From positions 1-40,386 of IMG/VR virus record IMGVR_UViG_3300017909_002763: a DNA stretch of 40,386 nt; one strand, 5' to 3'. Below the pieces are notes generated by a model. It worked only from the letters and a program-made list of their open reading frames with translations, searched no databases and was not told the DNA's origin. This document shows positions 7,746-16,889 of the stretch, in pieces (position 1 is the first letter of the stretch; each line of letters opens with the position of its first letter). The position numbers and the translations under genes are program-made. This stretch comes from a virus (lineage: Duplodnaviria; Caudoviricetes).

Positions 7746-10700
7746 AGCACAAGAAGAAGAAAGCCCCTGGTGCATACCTCAAGAAAAGAAAAGTAAAGAA
7801 GTACCAAGAGGGTGGGGAGGTCAGAGACGTCAAGGACCTCTTGCAGTTCCTGGGGGACTATGACGTAAGTCAGTACGTACAGGTACCTGGATCTGAGTAT
7901 ATCAACCCATTACAGCAAGTGGTGAACCTACCTACTGCTGAGGTGGTGACCAGTGGTGGTACGAACGTCAACGCCATGCTCCCTGAGCGCCTGGCCAAAA
8001 CAGAAGGGGACTTGGCTGCGGTCTACAAGGAACTTGGTAGTGAGGGGGTCGACAAGTACCTCGACATGACCCAAGGGGTGGTCGACGCACAGAACGAGGC
8101 GTTTGAGACTATCCGCCCGTTTCTGTACCTCACCCCGCTGGGTACCCCCGCTTTCCTCAGCGAGATCACACAGCACCCAGAGCGGTACAACCCGCAGAGC
8201 CCTGAGGGGGCGCTGAACCTGGCTGGTGCTCTCGCTACGTTTGGTAGAGCCAGGGCCTTACAGCCTGTTACCATTGCAGAGCGCTATGCCATGCAGGGGT
8301 TGAAGGACAAGGTGCGAGAAAAGTTCAGGCAGCTCTTCCCGCGTAAACCTGAGGTTGTCCCTGACTATCGCGTGCCCCAAGGCCCCCCGTCACAATCTGG
8401 GATGTTCAACGCCATGGGGGAGGCAGCGGTAGAAGCCGAGATCCTTGGTGGAGAGGCGGCTGTCCTGGGGCAAAGGGGTTTACCACGATCTCCAGAGGTG
8501 CCCCGCATCGAGGGGCAAAACATAGCCCTAAAGCGCACCAGAAAGCAGGGCCAAGAAATGGCACGCGACGCGGCCAGTAAGATGCCGTATAAATCGCTTC
8601 GGGACATGACCCGAGCAGAGTATGAGGCTCTTGCTCCATTTGGAGATGAAGATCGCGTGGCTGCATTCGTCAATGAGCTAGGCAAAATACAGCATCGTCA
8701 GCATGCTGATGTTTATGGAAACACAACTCAACCTGTTGAGCAGATTCCTGCTTTGATGATCGGGGGCGAGTTGGAGAAGCGTGCCAATAAACAGGGGATG
8801 ATCCCGAAGTCCCAGCTTGCGCAGTTCCTGAACAAAGGGGGGTTAGGTACGTTTGACAAGGCGGTGCTAGAACAGGCTATGATGGAGCTGGGCACCGTCC
8901 CTGGCAAAAAGGGCAAGGAGTTTTACAACCTCCGCGACCTGCGCAACTATGCCGCTTCGATTCTACGCGATCGCTTCGTTGTTGATGAGACGAGCAGTTA
9001 TGACGACTACGGCACAGGAAATCTTCGAGGTCCCAAAAACGAGATAAATCCGATTGGAACTAAGTTGATAACCGCCAATCGGGAAAGTGAACTAGGCAAG
9101 AGCTACATTGGTGCAGACTCTGGGCATTGGAGAACAATTTCACCAGACATTGTTGCTCACTACCGAGGCTTTGTCCGAGGTGGCAACTTGGCTGACACAA
9201 GAATCCTGTACATCTCAGAGATGCAGTCAGATGTCGCTCAAAGCGGCAGGTTCCTCAAAGATGCTTATCACTACGTCCCAGGCTTCCCTGAGGATATTAT
9301 GCGACAAGCTCCAGATGAAAACGGAGTTATGCGGTATACGTATCAGTTTCCAGCTGACGCCTATAGTAGAGCCCGACGCTATTCAACAAGCCGTAATCTA
9401 CCTGTAGCTCGTAACCCCCACGAGCTCTTCGTTAATATCCCTTTAGAGTTTGATATCGAGATCACTGCGCCGAGTGGATACAATGACGTCAGGGCTCAGA
9501 TAAAGGACGTAATGGGTGATGGTGTGATTACCCCAGACAATGAGTTCTTGTACGACGTCAATTACTGGATAGGTGTGCAGGATCAAGTCAAAGACTTGTA
9601 CCGATCATATCGGGATCTGGATAGAAACAGCAAGCAGATAGCTAACAAGTTCTACAAGGAAGCAATAAAAGTGTGGCAGGACAACAACCCAGGCCTTGAG
9701 CTTGAGTTTCTCCGTGATGACCAGCCTGATTTCAGAGACATAGCTGTGGATATGGAGGGGGCCGTCGGAGACATTATAGAGGCGTTGGAAAGAAATGATG
9801 TCAATCCACCGGGCACTTTCACAGACGCTTACATCCAATCTGCATACGATCAGAGCCTGGAGAGATTTAAGAATCTACTAGATACCCAGCAGGGTACTGA
9901 CGCGGAGATGTTTAGAGTCTTTCACGACGAAACATATCGTGATATGGAGGACATTGGTTCTGAGTACCCTGCCCAGGATGAAAAAATCCAGAGTCACTTC
10001 GTTAAGAACCAGGACGAGTTTCTACTTAGCCAGATTATCCAGCAGAATGGTAAGTACGATGCAATTAGATTCCCGACAGGACAAACAACAGGGATCATAC
10101 AGGGTTTCTTTAGAAGCCCCGCAAGGTATGAGGAGGAGATCCAGAGAACCCGAGAAAGCATCGAGAACCTAAAAGGGGACGTCACAAGAGCCAATAACCT
10201 AATCAACAATCCTGACGGGGGAATTGAAGGTTACCAGTCTGTGTTTCAAGATGGATCTACGACTTACTTTGGAGACCAGATTGATCTTCTAGGCCCAACG
10301 ACTCAGGAGCTCCTCTTTGGAACTAAGATCGTGGGTGCCGATGGGAAACCGCGATTTACAGATATCGAAGGCTACGCACAACGCAGGCCTGATAACAATG
10401 CAATGCACAACCAACGTCTGGAGCAGTTGGTGTATAATCCTGAGAATACCGAGTCATCCATTTATGAAGGCAAGGTCTCCCCTGAAATGCAGAAGGATGT
10501 ACACTTGTACAACTTCTTGACGTTTGTATACGCATTCGGACGGGGTCGTGTTAGAAGCCGCATTGCGGATCTCCGTGCTCAAGAGTTTAAACAAGCAGCC
10601 CTAGACGTAGCGAGCACCATAAATAGGGAGCCAGGACGATTGCACAGTAATGTCAATTACGTGATGCAAATTCATGCTATCGATCCTAAATACCCTGAAA

Positions 10701-11752
10701 CTGGCCAGGATATGCTTGCCAAGTATGAGAGGTTCAAGGGGTCTGCAGACATGGACGAAGTAATCATGAGGCTCCGTGATAATGTGGAGCGCTATGCGGA
10801 TAGCCACCCTTACGATTATACTGGAATCCCAAGCATCCCTACGCTTGAGACAGAGGCATATCTAAATGGCGACTTCCTTGATCACCCAGCGTACAAGAAG
10901 TACATGGATGTTAATGATCCTGGTGGGAGGCGCTTTCAGTCAATTGTGATAGATGAGTTCTCTAGACACATGGCCAGAAAGGGCGGTTTCAATCCTTGGA
11001 AGTTTAGCGACGAGCTTGGCTTCTCTGTGGGGGACATGGTTCACCTCTACTTGGAACATTATGGCAGAATAGCCTCGAACGATGCGAGTCAGATTGCCAA
11101 GAATGAAAGGACAAAGCAGCTGACGGAAATGACGTTCGGTGTGTCTGGTGGTAGGAACCTGGGATGGAATGGGGGGCCAGGTGTTGGTTACGGTGACGCG
11201 CAGAAACTGATTTTTATGCCTATTGCGCAGACTCCTGGCGGTGCGCCACGGACAGGAGCAATGATCCAAGAACTTGGTTATATGGTTACCGAGTCCGAAC
11301 TCCAGGATTTCCTAGTTCAAAAAGCAGTAGAGCTGAATAAGTTGGGGGGCGCTAGTGGCGATGACGTAGGTCGCACCCGTGGTTTGACCAATTTCCGAAC
11401 TGGAATTGAAAACTTAGGTTATTCTATGAAAGTAGGCGCTCTTTCCAATCAGAATATCGGATCGCAACAGACGCACCTTCAGTCACAGGAGGCCCAGTTG
11501 CAAGCTGTTCTAAGGGGTGAGGGTGTACGGGACGATCTGAAGACGGTCATGAACAGTTATGATCGCCTACCTAAGATTGCTAAAAAGATGGGTTACACTC
11601 TAAAGCCCGTCACTGACCAGCACGGAAATGAATGGTTCGAGCTCAAGGTACCTCAGTCCATACAGCGTGGGGAAGGCGAAGTACGAGGATACAAGTATGG
11701 CGGTAAGATCAAAGTAAAAAAGAAGTCACCATTCAAACTGATCAAGCGATGA
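7742..11752 (+). CDS. large polyvalent-type / putative ejection-cargo protein with terminal YxxGG tags
   Basis: 1336 aa; N-term KKYQEGG, C-term YKYGGKIKVKKK; internal HW...AHYR...LYISEMQSD motif resembling domains in large polyvalent phage proteins. Confidence 0.6.
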   Translation: MKHKKKKAPGAYLKKRKVKKYQEGGEVRDVKDLLQFLGDYDVSQYVQVPGSEYINPLQQVVNLPTAEVVTSGGTNVNAMLPERLAKTEGDLAAVYKELGSEGVDKYLDMTQGVVDAQNEAFETIRPFLYLTPLGTPAFLSEITQHPERYNPQSPEGALNLAGALATFGRARALQPVTIAERYAMQGLKDKVREKFRQLFPRKPEVVPDYRVPQGPPSQSGMFNAMGEAAVEAEILGGEAAVLGQRGLPRSPEVPRIEGQNIALKRTRKQGQEMARDAASKMPYKSLRDMTRAEYEALAPFGDEDRVAAFVNELGKIQHRQHADVYGNTTQPVEQIPALMIGGELEKRANKQGMIPKSQLAQFLNKGGLGTFDKAVLEQAMMELGTVPGKKGKEFYNLRDLRNYAASILRDRFVVDETSSYDDYGTGNLRGPKNEINPIGTKLITANRESELGKSYIGADSGHWRTISPDIVAHYRGFVRGGNLADTRILYISEMQSDVAQSGRFLKDAYHYVPGFPEDIMRQAPDENGVMRYTYQFPADAYSRARRYSTSRNLPVARNPHELFVNIPLEFDIEITAPSGYNDVRAQIKDVMGDGVITPDNEFLYDVNYWIGVQDQVKDLYRSYRDLDRNSKQIANKFYKEAIKVWQDNNPGLELEFLRDDQPDFRDIAVDMEGAVGDIIEALERNDVNPPGTFTDAYIQSAYDQSLERFKNLLDTQQGTDAEMFRVFHDETYRDMEDIGSEYPAQDEKIQSHFVKNQDEFLLSQIIQQNGKYDAIRFPTGQTTGIIQGFFRSPARYEEEIQRTRESIENLKGDVTRANNLINNPDGGIEGYQSVFQDGSTTYFGDQIDLLGPTTQELLFGTKIVGADGKPRFTDIEGYAQRRPDNNAMHNQRLEQLVYNPENTESSIYEGKVSPEMQKDVHLYNFLTFVYAFGRGRVRSRIADLRAQEFKQAALDVASTINREPGRLHSNVNYVMQIHAIDPKYPETGQDMLAKYERFKGSADMDEVIMRLRDNVERYADSHPYDYTGIPSIPTLETEAYLNGDFLDHPAYKKYMDVNDPGGRRFQSIVIDEFSRHMARKGGFNPWKFSDELGFSVGDMVHLYLEHYGRIASNDASQIAKNERTKQLTEMTFGVSGGRNLGWNGGPGVGYGDAQKLIFMPIAQTPGGAPRTGAMIQELGYMVTESELQDFLVQKAVELNKLGGASGDDVGRTRGLTNFRTGIENLGYSMKVGALSNQNIGSQQTHLQSQEAQLQAVLRGEGVRDDLKTVMNSYDRLPKIAKKMGYTLKPVTDQHGNEWFELKVPQSIQRGEGEVRGYKYGGKIKVKKKSPFKLIKR

Positions 11753-11886
11753 ACAAAGAAGAAGAGTGGGATGCCCCCACATTCCTGGACAAGAAGAAGC
11801 TCCAGGAGACGGCAGAGAAACTAAAGAGTGGGGAGATCACGTGTAACATCGACGACCCAGAGGACTGTGAAAGCTGCTCAGGATGA
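11749..11886 (+). CDS. 45-aa peptide ending CNIDDPEDCESCSG (not in ORF track)
   Basis: Own translation; ATGA-coupled to both neighbours. Confidence 0.75.
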   Translation: MNKEEEWDAPTFLDKKKLQETAEKLKSGEITCNIDDPEDCESCSG

Positions 11887-12959
11887 GACTAAAGAAATAT
11901 CAACACGGAGGCGGGCATGACGAAGATCCACCTGAAAGAGGCGAGAATCGACCGTCCACTCAGGAGCTCATGGACGCCCTAGAGTATTACGACTACATGT
12001 TCTCAAATCAAAGAGTGAGAGACGCTGTCAGAGAAAATGTTGGGACGTATGAGATGCTGGACGAACCTATGTTTGACGACGACGGTAATCCAGTGTATGA
12101 TACTTCAGACCCTTATGGCCGAGTGATGCAAAAGTGGACAAGAAAAGACGTCTTTGATAACTTCTTGAGAGATCGTCTTCAAAAAATGTATCCAGACAGA
12201 GAAATAAAAACCCCTGAGGATCTTTCCGATGCCTATATGGATATGAGGACAGACCTATTTCAGGCTGGAACTGGATTCGACGATCCAGTAGATGAACCGT
12301 TGTCAGGTGGCTATGTAAGGAAATACGAGCCTGGCACAATAGGTTCTGAGTACCAACCATTAATTATGGGGCTGGGCCCTCAAATGCAGAGAGGGGTCTC
12401 GGAATTTGAAGTCGACTCTGATAAAGAGGGCATGGATAGAATTAATACTATTACTCACGAACTTAGCCACGCTCAGGAAAGCGGCACTGGTGTCCCAGAG
12501 GAACTTGTTGAATATATGCGTAAAAGAAAAGTAAGTGACAGAGATTATGATAAAGAAAGGGAAGCTGGTAGAGTCAGTGGTGGTCGGCAAGTTGATGTAG
12601 GGGAAGAAGTGCCAGACGAAAACTACGATTGGGGTTATGAACAATTTTTTAGAAAATATTTTACTAAGCCCACTGAAACTTTAGCTCGACTCAATGCGGC
12701 TAGAAGGATAATATACGAGAATGAAGGAGGGCAGCTGCTGAAGAAACCGTCTATGCTTCAGATAGAGGGTGGCCCATTTTCTCAAGAACTCACATACGAA
12801 GACGTAAATAAGTATTATCAAGAAGTGCCTGAATTCAAGGACATAATGGATGAGCTCACTCCTCACTACACGAGAGACGGTTTGATTGAAATGCTTAACA
12901 ATGTGTATAGGGATGGGGGGCGCGTAGGCAGTAAGATGGGAGTGGTCAAGAAGAGGTAA
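11883..12959 (+). CDS. zincin-like metallopeptidase domain protein with terminal YxxGG tags
   Basis: TITHELSHAQE (HExxH) plus downstream YF..PTE..ARL; N-term KKYQHGG, C-term YRDGG...KKR. Confidence 0.7.
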   Translation: MRLKKYQHGGGHDEDPPERGENRPSTQELMDALEYYDYMFSNQRVRDAVRENVGTYEMLDEPMFDDDGNPVYDTSDPYGRVMQKWTRKDVFDNFLRDRLQKMYPDREIKTPEDLSDAYMDMRTDLFQAGTGFDDPVDEPLSGGYVRKYEPGTIGSEYQPLIMGLGPQMQRGVSEFEVDSDKEGMDRINTITHELSHAQESGTGVPEELVEYMRKRKVSDRDYDKEREAGRVSGGRQVDVGEEVPDENYDWGYEQFFRKYFTKPTETLARLNAARRIIYENEGGQLLKKPSMLQIEGGPFSQELTYEDVNKYYQEVPEFKDIMDELTPHYTRDGLIEMLNNVYRDGGRVGSKMGVVKKR

Positions 12960-12970
12960 ACTTTAATTGA

Positions 12971-12978
12971 TATATTTG
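12971..12978 (+). promoter_or_regulatory. -7 promoter element TATATTTG
   Basis: Exact TAnnTTTG in an AT-rich gap, 4 nt before the ATG at 12983. Confidence 0.7.
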
Positions 12979-12982
12979 CATC

Positions 12983-13435
12983 ATGGCAACACTAACAGTA
13001 TCTATCTCTGAGAAGCTGGAGCTGAACGGGAAGGATCGCGGTAGCGTGCTGACGCAAGACATCAGCAGCATTACCGAGACCTTCCACCGCATCCTGGATG
13101 TGGGGACGGCGTCAGCGCAAACCATCTTGGAGATGGACGCTACCGCAGCGAACTCTGCAGGTGGGACTCTCCTCAGCACCAACGTCAAGTACTTCCGTAT
13201 CACAAATCTGGATGCCACCAACTTTGTAGCCATCACGATCCAGAACGACAGTACGGAAGAATACATGGTGAAGCTGGATACTGGAGAGAGCTACGTCCTG
13301 TTCAACAGTAAGCTCGATGCCAACGCTTCTGGCGACGCTAGTGCTGCCGCTGGAAACCTTACAGACATTGACAAGATCTTGGCTCAGGCAGACACTGCCG
13401 CTTGTCAAGTAGAAATTTTTGCTGCCCTGACATGA
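12983..13435 (+). CDS. small beta-rich virion structural protein
   Basis: 150 aa, A/T/S/D-rich, YFRITNLD motif, similar to genes at 29137 and 29538. Confidence 0.65.
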   Translation: MATLTVSISEKLELNGKDRGSVLTQDISSITETFHRILDVGTASAQTILEMDATAANSAGGTLLSTNVKYFRITNLDATNFVAITIQNDSTEEYMVKLDTGESYVLFNSKLDANASGDASAAAGNLTDIDKILAQADTAACQVEIFAALT

Positions 13436-14022
13436 AGATGATGTATAAGAACGGGGGTATGCGCCCCGAAGACAAAGAATACCGTGGAGGCGGTATGTAT
13501 TACGACAAGGGCGGCAAGCTCAAGATGGTCGAGAAGGACGGCGAGAAGGTCCCGTTCTTCCTGGCTGAGAACGGCAAGCTGACTCGCCGTGGTCGCAAGC
13601 AGAAGTACAACACCCGTCCCAACAGTGCCTACAACCCAGACAGCGAGTTCTTTAACCCGTACAAGAACAGGTTTGCCCGCAACGTCTTGAAGCAGAACCC
13701 GTACCAGCGCTACAACAATCAGTATGAAGCTCTGGAGCGGAAGCTGTACCGCAACGAGGGGGATCCGTTTATGGATGAGCGGCAGCGCGAGGTCTTCGAT
13801 CCCCCGAAGATGATGGGGACTCACCAGCCTGGCGTCCCTGGAATTACAGGCTCCCCTGGAAATCGAGTCATGACTCGTCCTGGTATGGGCGTGAGCTTGG
13901 CTGATGAGCAGGCTGTGCAGAACCAGAAAGCGATCATGAACAGGGTCTTGCAGTCTCTGGTGGGTACCTTCCTGGTCAACGCGGCTGCAGGTGGGACCTT
14001 TGCCCCGAACATCGGCGGCTGA
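13432..14022 (+). CDS. protein with tandem N-terminal YxxGG motifs
   Basis: ATGA-coupled start; YKNGG, YRGGG, YDKGG within the first 30 aa. Confidence 0.7.
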   Translation: MKMMYKNGGMRPEDKEYRGGGMYYDKGGKLKMVEKDGEKVPFFLAENGKLTRRGRKQKYNTRPNSAYNPDSEFFNPYKNRFARNVLKQNPYQRYNNQYEALERKLYRNEGDPFMDERQREVFDPPKMMGTHQPGVPGITGSPGNRVMTRPGMGVSLADEQAVQNQKAIMNRVLQSLVGTFLVNAAAGGTFAPNIGG

Positions 14023-14204
14023 TGCCGAACAAGCATTACTTCAACCCCAGGTTGAAGAGGTTCGATAAAATAAAACAGGGTAAGCGTGAAGCTAGAGGTA
14101 GTCAGATTCAGTTCAGAGATGGACTCCACAAGCGGAGCTCTCTTCGACATAACGGACGGTACTCGCCGCTTTCTGTGTTACACACTAGAAGACGAGCATC
14201 GTGA
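14022..14204 (+). CDS. possible small basic protein overlapping the endolysin start
   Basis: TGATG coupling, but 119-nt overlap with the next gene. Confidence 0.35.
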   Translation: MPNKHYFNPRLKRFDKIKQGKREARGSQIQFRDGLHKRSSLRHNGRYSPLSVLHTRRRAS

Positions 14205-14562
14205 AGATAAAGTGGCTGGGGAGACCCGAATACCTGGGGGAGAGTATCGTATTACTCTTCGAAGGATCGGTGGGTTCCATGATCGCTATGCTTCGCGATT
14301 TAGGACGATACACAAAGGAATGCTTTGGGTTCGTGATGTCCCTGGCTTTGAATACATTCTCATACATTGCGGTAATACTGATGAGAATACTGCTGGATGT
14401 CTGCTTGTGGGTGATACGCAAGAGAACAACCAAATAAAGAAAGGGGGCTTCATAGGACACAGTACGAGAGCCTACTTCAGGGTGTACCCCTACATAGCTG
14501 AAGCAATCGAGCGCAAGGAAGAAGTGACTATCTTGTACACCGATTTCGATACACCTAGATAA
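14086..14562 (+). CDS. DUF5675-family putative endolysin (L,D-transpeptidase-like)
   Basis: CYTLED...IPGGEY...VPGFEYILIHCGN...TAGCLLVG signature. Confidence 0.8.
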   Translation: MKLEVVRFSSEMDSTSGALFDITDGTRRFLCYTLEDEHREDKVAGETRIPGGEYRITLRRIGGFHDRYASRFRTIHKGMLWVRDVPGFEYILIHCGNTDENTAGCLLVGDTQENNQIKKGGFIGHSTRAYFRVYPYIAEAIERKEEVTILYTDFDTPR

Positions 14563-14563
14563 T

Positions 14564-14725
14564 ATGTGGGACTTTATCATCAACAACCTCGCCGAGCTCG
14601 TTCTCGGTGGCCTCGCCTTCGTTAAGATTATCGTCAACGCAACTCCGACGGAAAAAGACAACCAGGTCTTCGGGTACCTTGACGCTCTGATCAACATGAT
14701 CATTACTGATCGGAAGAAGAGCTAA
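14564..14725 (+). CDS. holin-like small membrane protein (53 aa, not in ORF track)
   Basis: MWDFIINNLAELVLGGLAFVKIIVNATPTEKDNQVFGYLDALINMIITDRKKS; TM helix plus TPTxKD; next to endolysin. Confidence 0.65.
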   Translation: MWDFIINNLAELVLGGLAFVKIIVNATPTEKDNQVFGYLDALINMIITDRKKS

Positions 14726-15291
14726 TGCCGAAGCTCGGCATTAGCTTTGGCTTAGGATCCTCTGTCGTTGAGGGTGCTATTGTTGCTGGCGGCGGCGACG
14801 GCGGTGGTGGCGGCGGCGGCGTTACTTACATAGCGGCAAGCACGTTTAGTCTTGCAGAAAGTGTGACGACTGGCTCCACTCTGTCTGTTGTCGCTAGTCA
14901 AACGGATGAAAACTCCGTGACCAAAACGGACGTAGTAAAGATTGTTGCTGGAAAAAACTTGGGCCCTTCGGACAATGTAGCGGCTGTTACCACCTCTGGC
15001 ATTTCTGATCTGACAGACGGTGACACTGTAAACCTCACCTTTTCCGTTTACTACCCCACAGCCAACGCGGGCGACTCTACGTCGTCCGCAACCATCGGTT
15101 TTCTCGGAGCCCAAGCTGACTCAAACAAACTAACTAATTCTAATTCAAACTTGGGGGAGTGGAACACCGTTACAGGAACGGTGACCGTAGGTAATTCAAA
15201 CAACAACCTTCTAATTTTCGTAGATGACGCGGGCGGTGGGGCAATGCAAAACGCAGATGAGTTCTACCTTGCGGAGGTAAGAGTTTACTGA
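14725..15291 (+). CDS. putative virion accessory protein with carbohydrate-binding-like beta domain
   Basis: MPKLGISFGL N-term, poly-Gly linker, beta-sandwich-like C-term (GEWNTVTG...FYLAEVRVY). Confidence 0.55.
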   Translation: MPKLGISFGLGSSVVEGAIVAGGGDGGGGGGGVTYIAASTFSLAESVTTGSTLSVVASQTDENSVTKTDVVKIVAGKNLGPSDNVAAVTTSGISDLTDGDTVNLTFSVYYPTANAGDSTSSATIGFLGAQADSNKLTNSNSNLGEWNTVTGTVTVGNSNNNLLIFVDDAGGGAMQNADEFYLAEVRVY

Positions 15292-15710
15292 GGACTGAGG
15301 CTGTTGTAGAATCTCTGCACCATCAGTCTTGCCTTCTGCGTCAATGCATACCTCACCCTGTAATTGAACTTCGTTTCCTCTCGAAAGAGGTGGTCCTCGT
15401 CAGTTTGTGACGGCGTCAACTTATCGAAGTGCTTGTACAGGAGTCCGACCTTCATCATGGGGTACACCACCCGTTCCGCAAGTTTCTTCTTGCTCATGCC
15501 GTAGTTCTCTGATGCGTAGTCCAGGGTCCAGAACTCTAGGTCGTACGCCCAAAGCATGAAGAACAATTCCTTGGGGTAGATGTCGTTCTGCCCCTCAAAC
15601 TCAGACATCACCTTCCTCAGGTCCTTGAGGTGATTTTGCTTTACGTATCTTTGGTTGAGAACGGAGAACTCCCTAAAGAGTTTCTTCTTCGCTACTTTAC
15701 TTTTAGGCAT
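15285..15710 (-). CDS. putative winged-helix DNA-binding protein, lone antisense gene
   Basis: 141 aa; helical core, then ...KVGLLYKH...RYALTQKARLMV wing-like ending. Confidence 0.6.
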   Translation of the reverse strand: MPKSKVAKKKLFREFSVLNQRYVKQNHLKDLRKVMSEFEGQNDIYPKELFFMLWAYDLEFWTLDYASENYGMSKKKLAERVVYPMMKVGLLYKHFDKLTPSQTDEDHLFREETKFNYRVRYALTQKARLMVQRFYNSLSPQ

Positions 15711-15718
15711 AATACAAT

Positions 15719-16069
15719 ATGGAGATGGACTTTGAGAAATCCCAGTTCCTCCGTGAAATTCAATCCCTTCACCTTGCGATGGAGGAGTGCATTGAGAGGC
15801 ACGGAATGCAGGAGCATGTGGTAAGCATCGTGCTCACTGGGGTCGTGGACATTGATCCCGACGGAGAGGAAGATACGCTACGCGCGATCTATAGTTACAA
15901 CGTACATGACGAGATCATCCTGGAGGAGAGCTTTCACTTTATGCGAGATACCTACTACAAGAACGCTCTCGACGGTGCTCTCGACAAGTTGAAGGGGTCT
16001 AATGCCCAGTCTCTGGACGACCTCCTTGGAGAGCTTGGCATCGACACCGAATCGCCAGAGGACGAATGA
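15719..16069 (+). CDS. hypothetical acidic protein
   Basis: 116-aa ORF coupled to the next gene. Confidence 0.7.
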   Translation: MEMDFEKSQFLREIQSLHLAMEECIERHGMQEHVVSIVLTGVVDIDPDGEEDTLRAIYSYNVHDEIILEESFHFMRDTYYKNALDGALDKLKGSNAQSLDDLLGELGIDTESPEDE

Positions 16070-16302
16070 GCGGAGTAATTCGAAAGATCGTCATCGGGCC
16101 CAACCCGAAGGACGGAATGGCTTATTACGTCGGGATGCGCGCGGGTGAGCGGAAGGTCAACGCCATCGTCCACGATGACGAGCACATGCATCGGTATGGC
16201 AAGAGCAGGTACCTCATCTACCTGGAGGGTGACGAAGGCATCTCACTCTGGAAGTCTGTCGACAGCATGCCCCACATTGTTGAATACGATTTGAATTTCT
16301 GA
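16066..16302 (+). CDS. hypothetical protein upstream of GroES-like gene
   Basis: 78 aa, IRKIVIGPNPKDGMAYYVG; coupled on both sides. Confidence 0.75.
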   Translation: MSGVIRKIVIGPNPKDGMAYYVGMRAGERKVNAIVHDDEHMHRYGKSRYLIYLEGDEGISLWKSVDSMPHIVEYDLNF

Positions 16303-16889
16303 TGAGGATGATGAATCACTTCGTCGTGGAGCTGGACAAAACCATTCACGACACCATTACCACGGAGAGTGGTATGGAGCTTTACGTTGACAATAGGTTT
16401 AACGAGTTCGAGCACCGAGTTGTGGAGGGGCCTGTCAAGGCCACGCCACGAAAGCACGACCTGCCCGTCAGGCCTGGTGACACCCTGTACTTTCATCACC
16501 TGGTGGTACTCCAGGAAGGCCAGAAGCTCACGGGTAGTGACAAGGACTACATGGTCTTGTATGACCCCGATGTGTGTGTGGCGAACCAGGCCATCGCATA
16601 CAAGGATCAGGACACGGGTGAGGTTCGGTCCCTGGGTCAGTGGTGTCTACTGGAGGCGGTAGACCAGGAGGATGAGCTGGTCTCTGAGATCCTAGAGATC
16701 ATCGACAACAAGGAGAAACTCCCGACGGAGGGCAGGGTATGGTGTGGCAACGATCACACGACCCAGCTCGGTGTCAAGGTGGGTGACGTCGTTGGGTTCA
16801 GGAAGAACATGGACTATAGAATTATGATCGATGGCGAAGAAAAGTACAGGGTCGACTCAGACGACCTCCTCTACGTTCACAACGATTGA
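16302..16889 (+). CDS. GroES-like co-chaperonin, two tandem domains
   Basis: TTESGMELYVD...GPVKATP...VRPGDTLYF, then a second GVKVGDVVGF...IDGEEKYRVDSDDLL repeat. Confidence 0.75.
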   Translation: MRMMNHFVVELDKTIHDTITTESGMELYVDNRFNEFEHRVVEGPVKATPRKHDLPVRPGDTLYFHHLVVLQEGQKLTGSDKDYMVLYDPDVCVANQAIAYKDQDTGEVRSLGQWCLLEAVDQEDELVSEILEIIDNKEKLPTEGRVWCGNDHTTQLGVKVGDVVGFRKNMDYRIMIDGEEKYRVDSDDLLYVHND

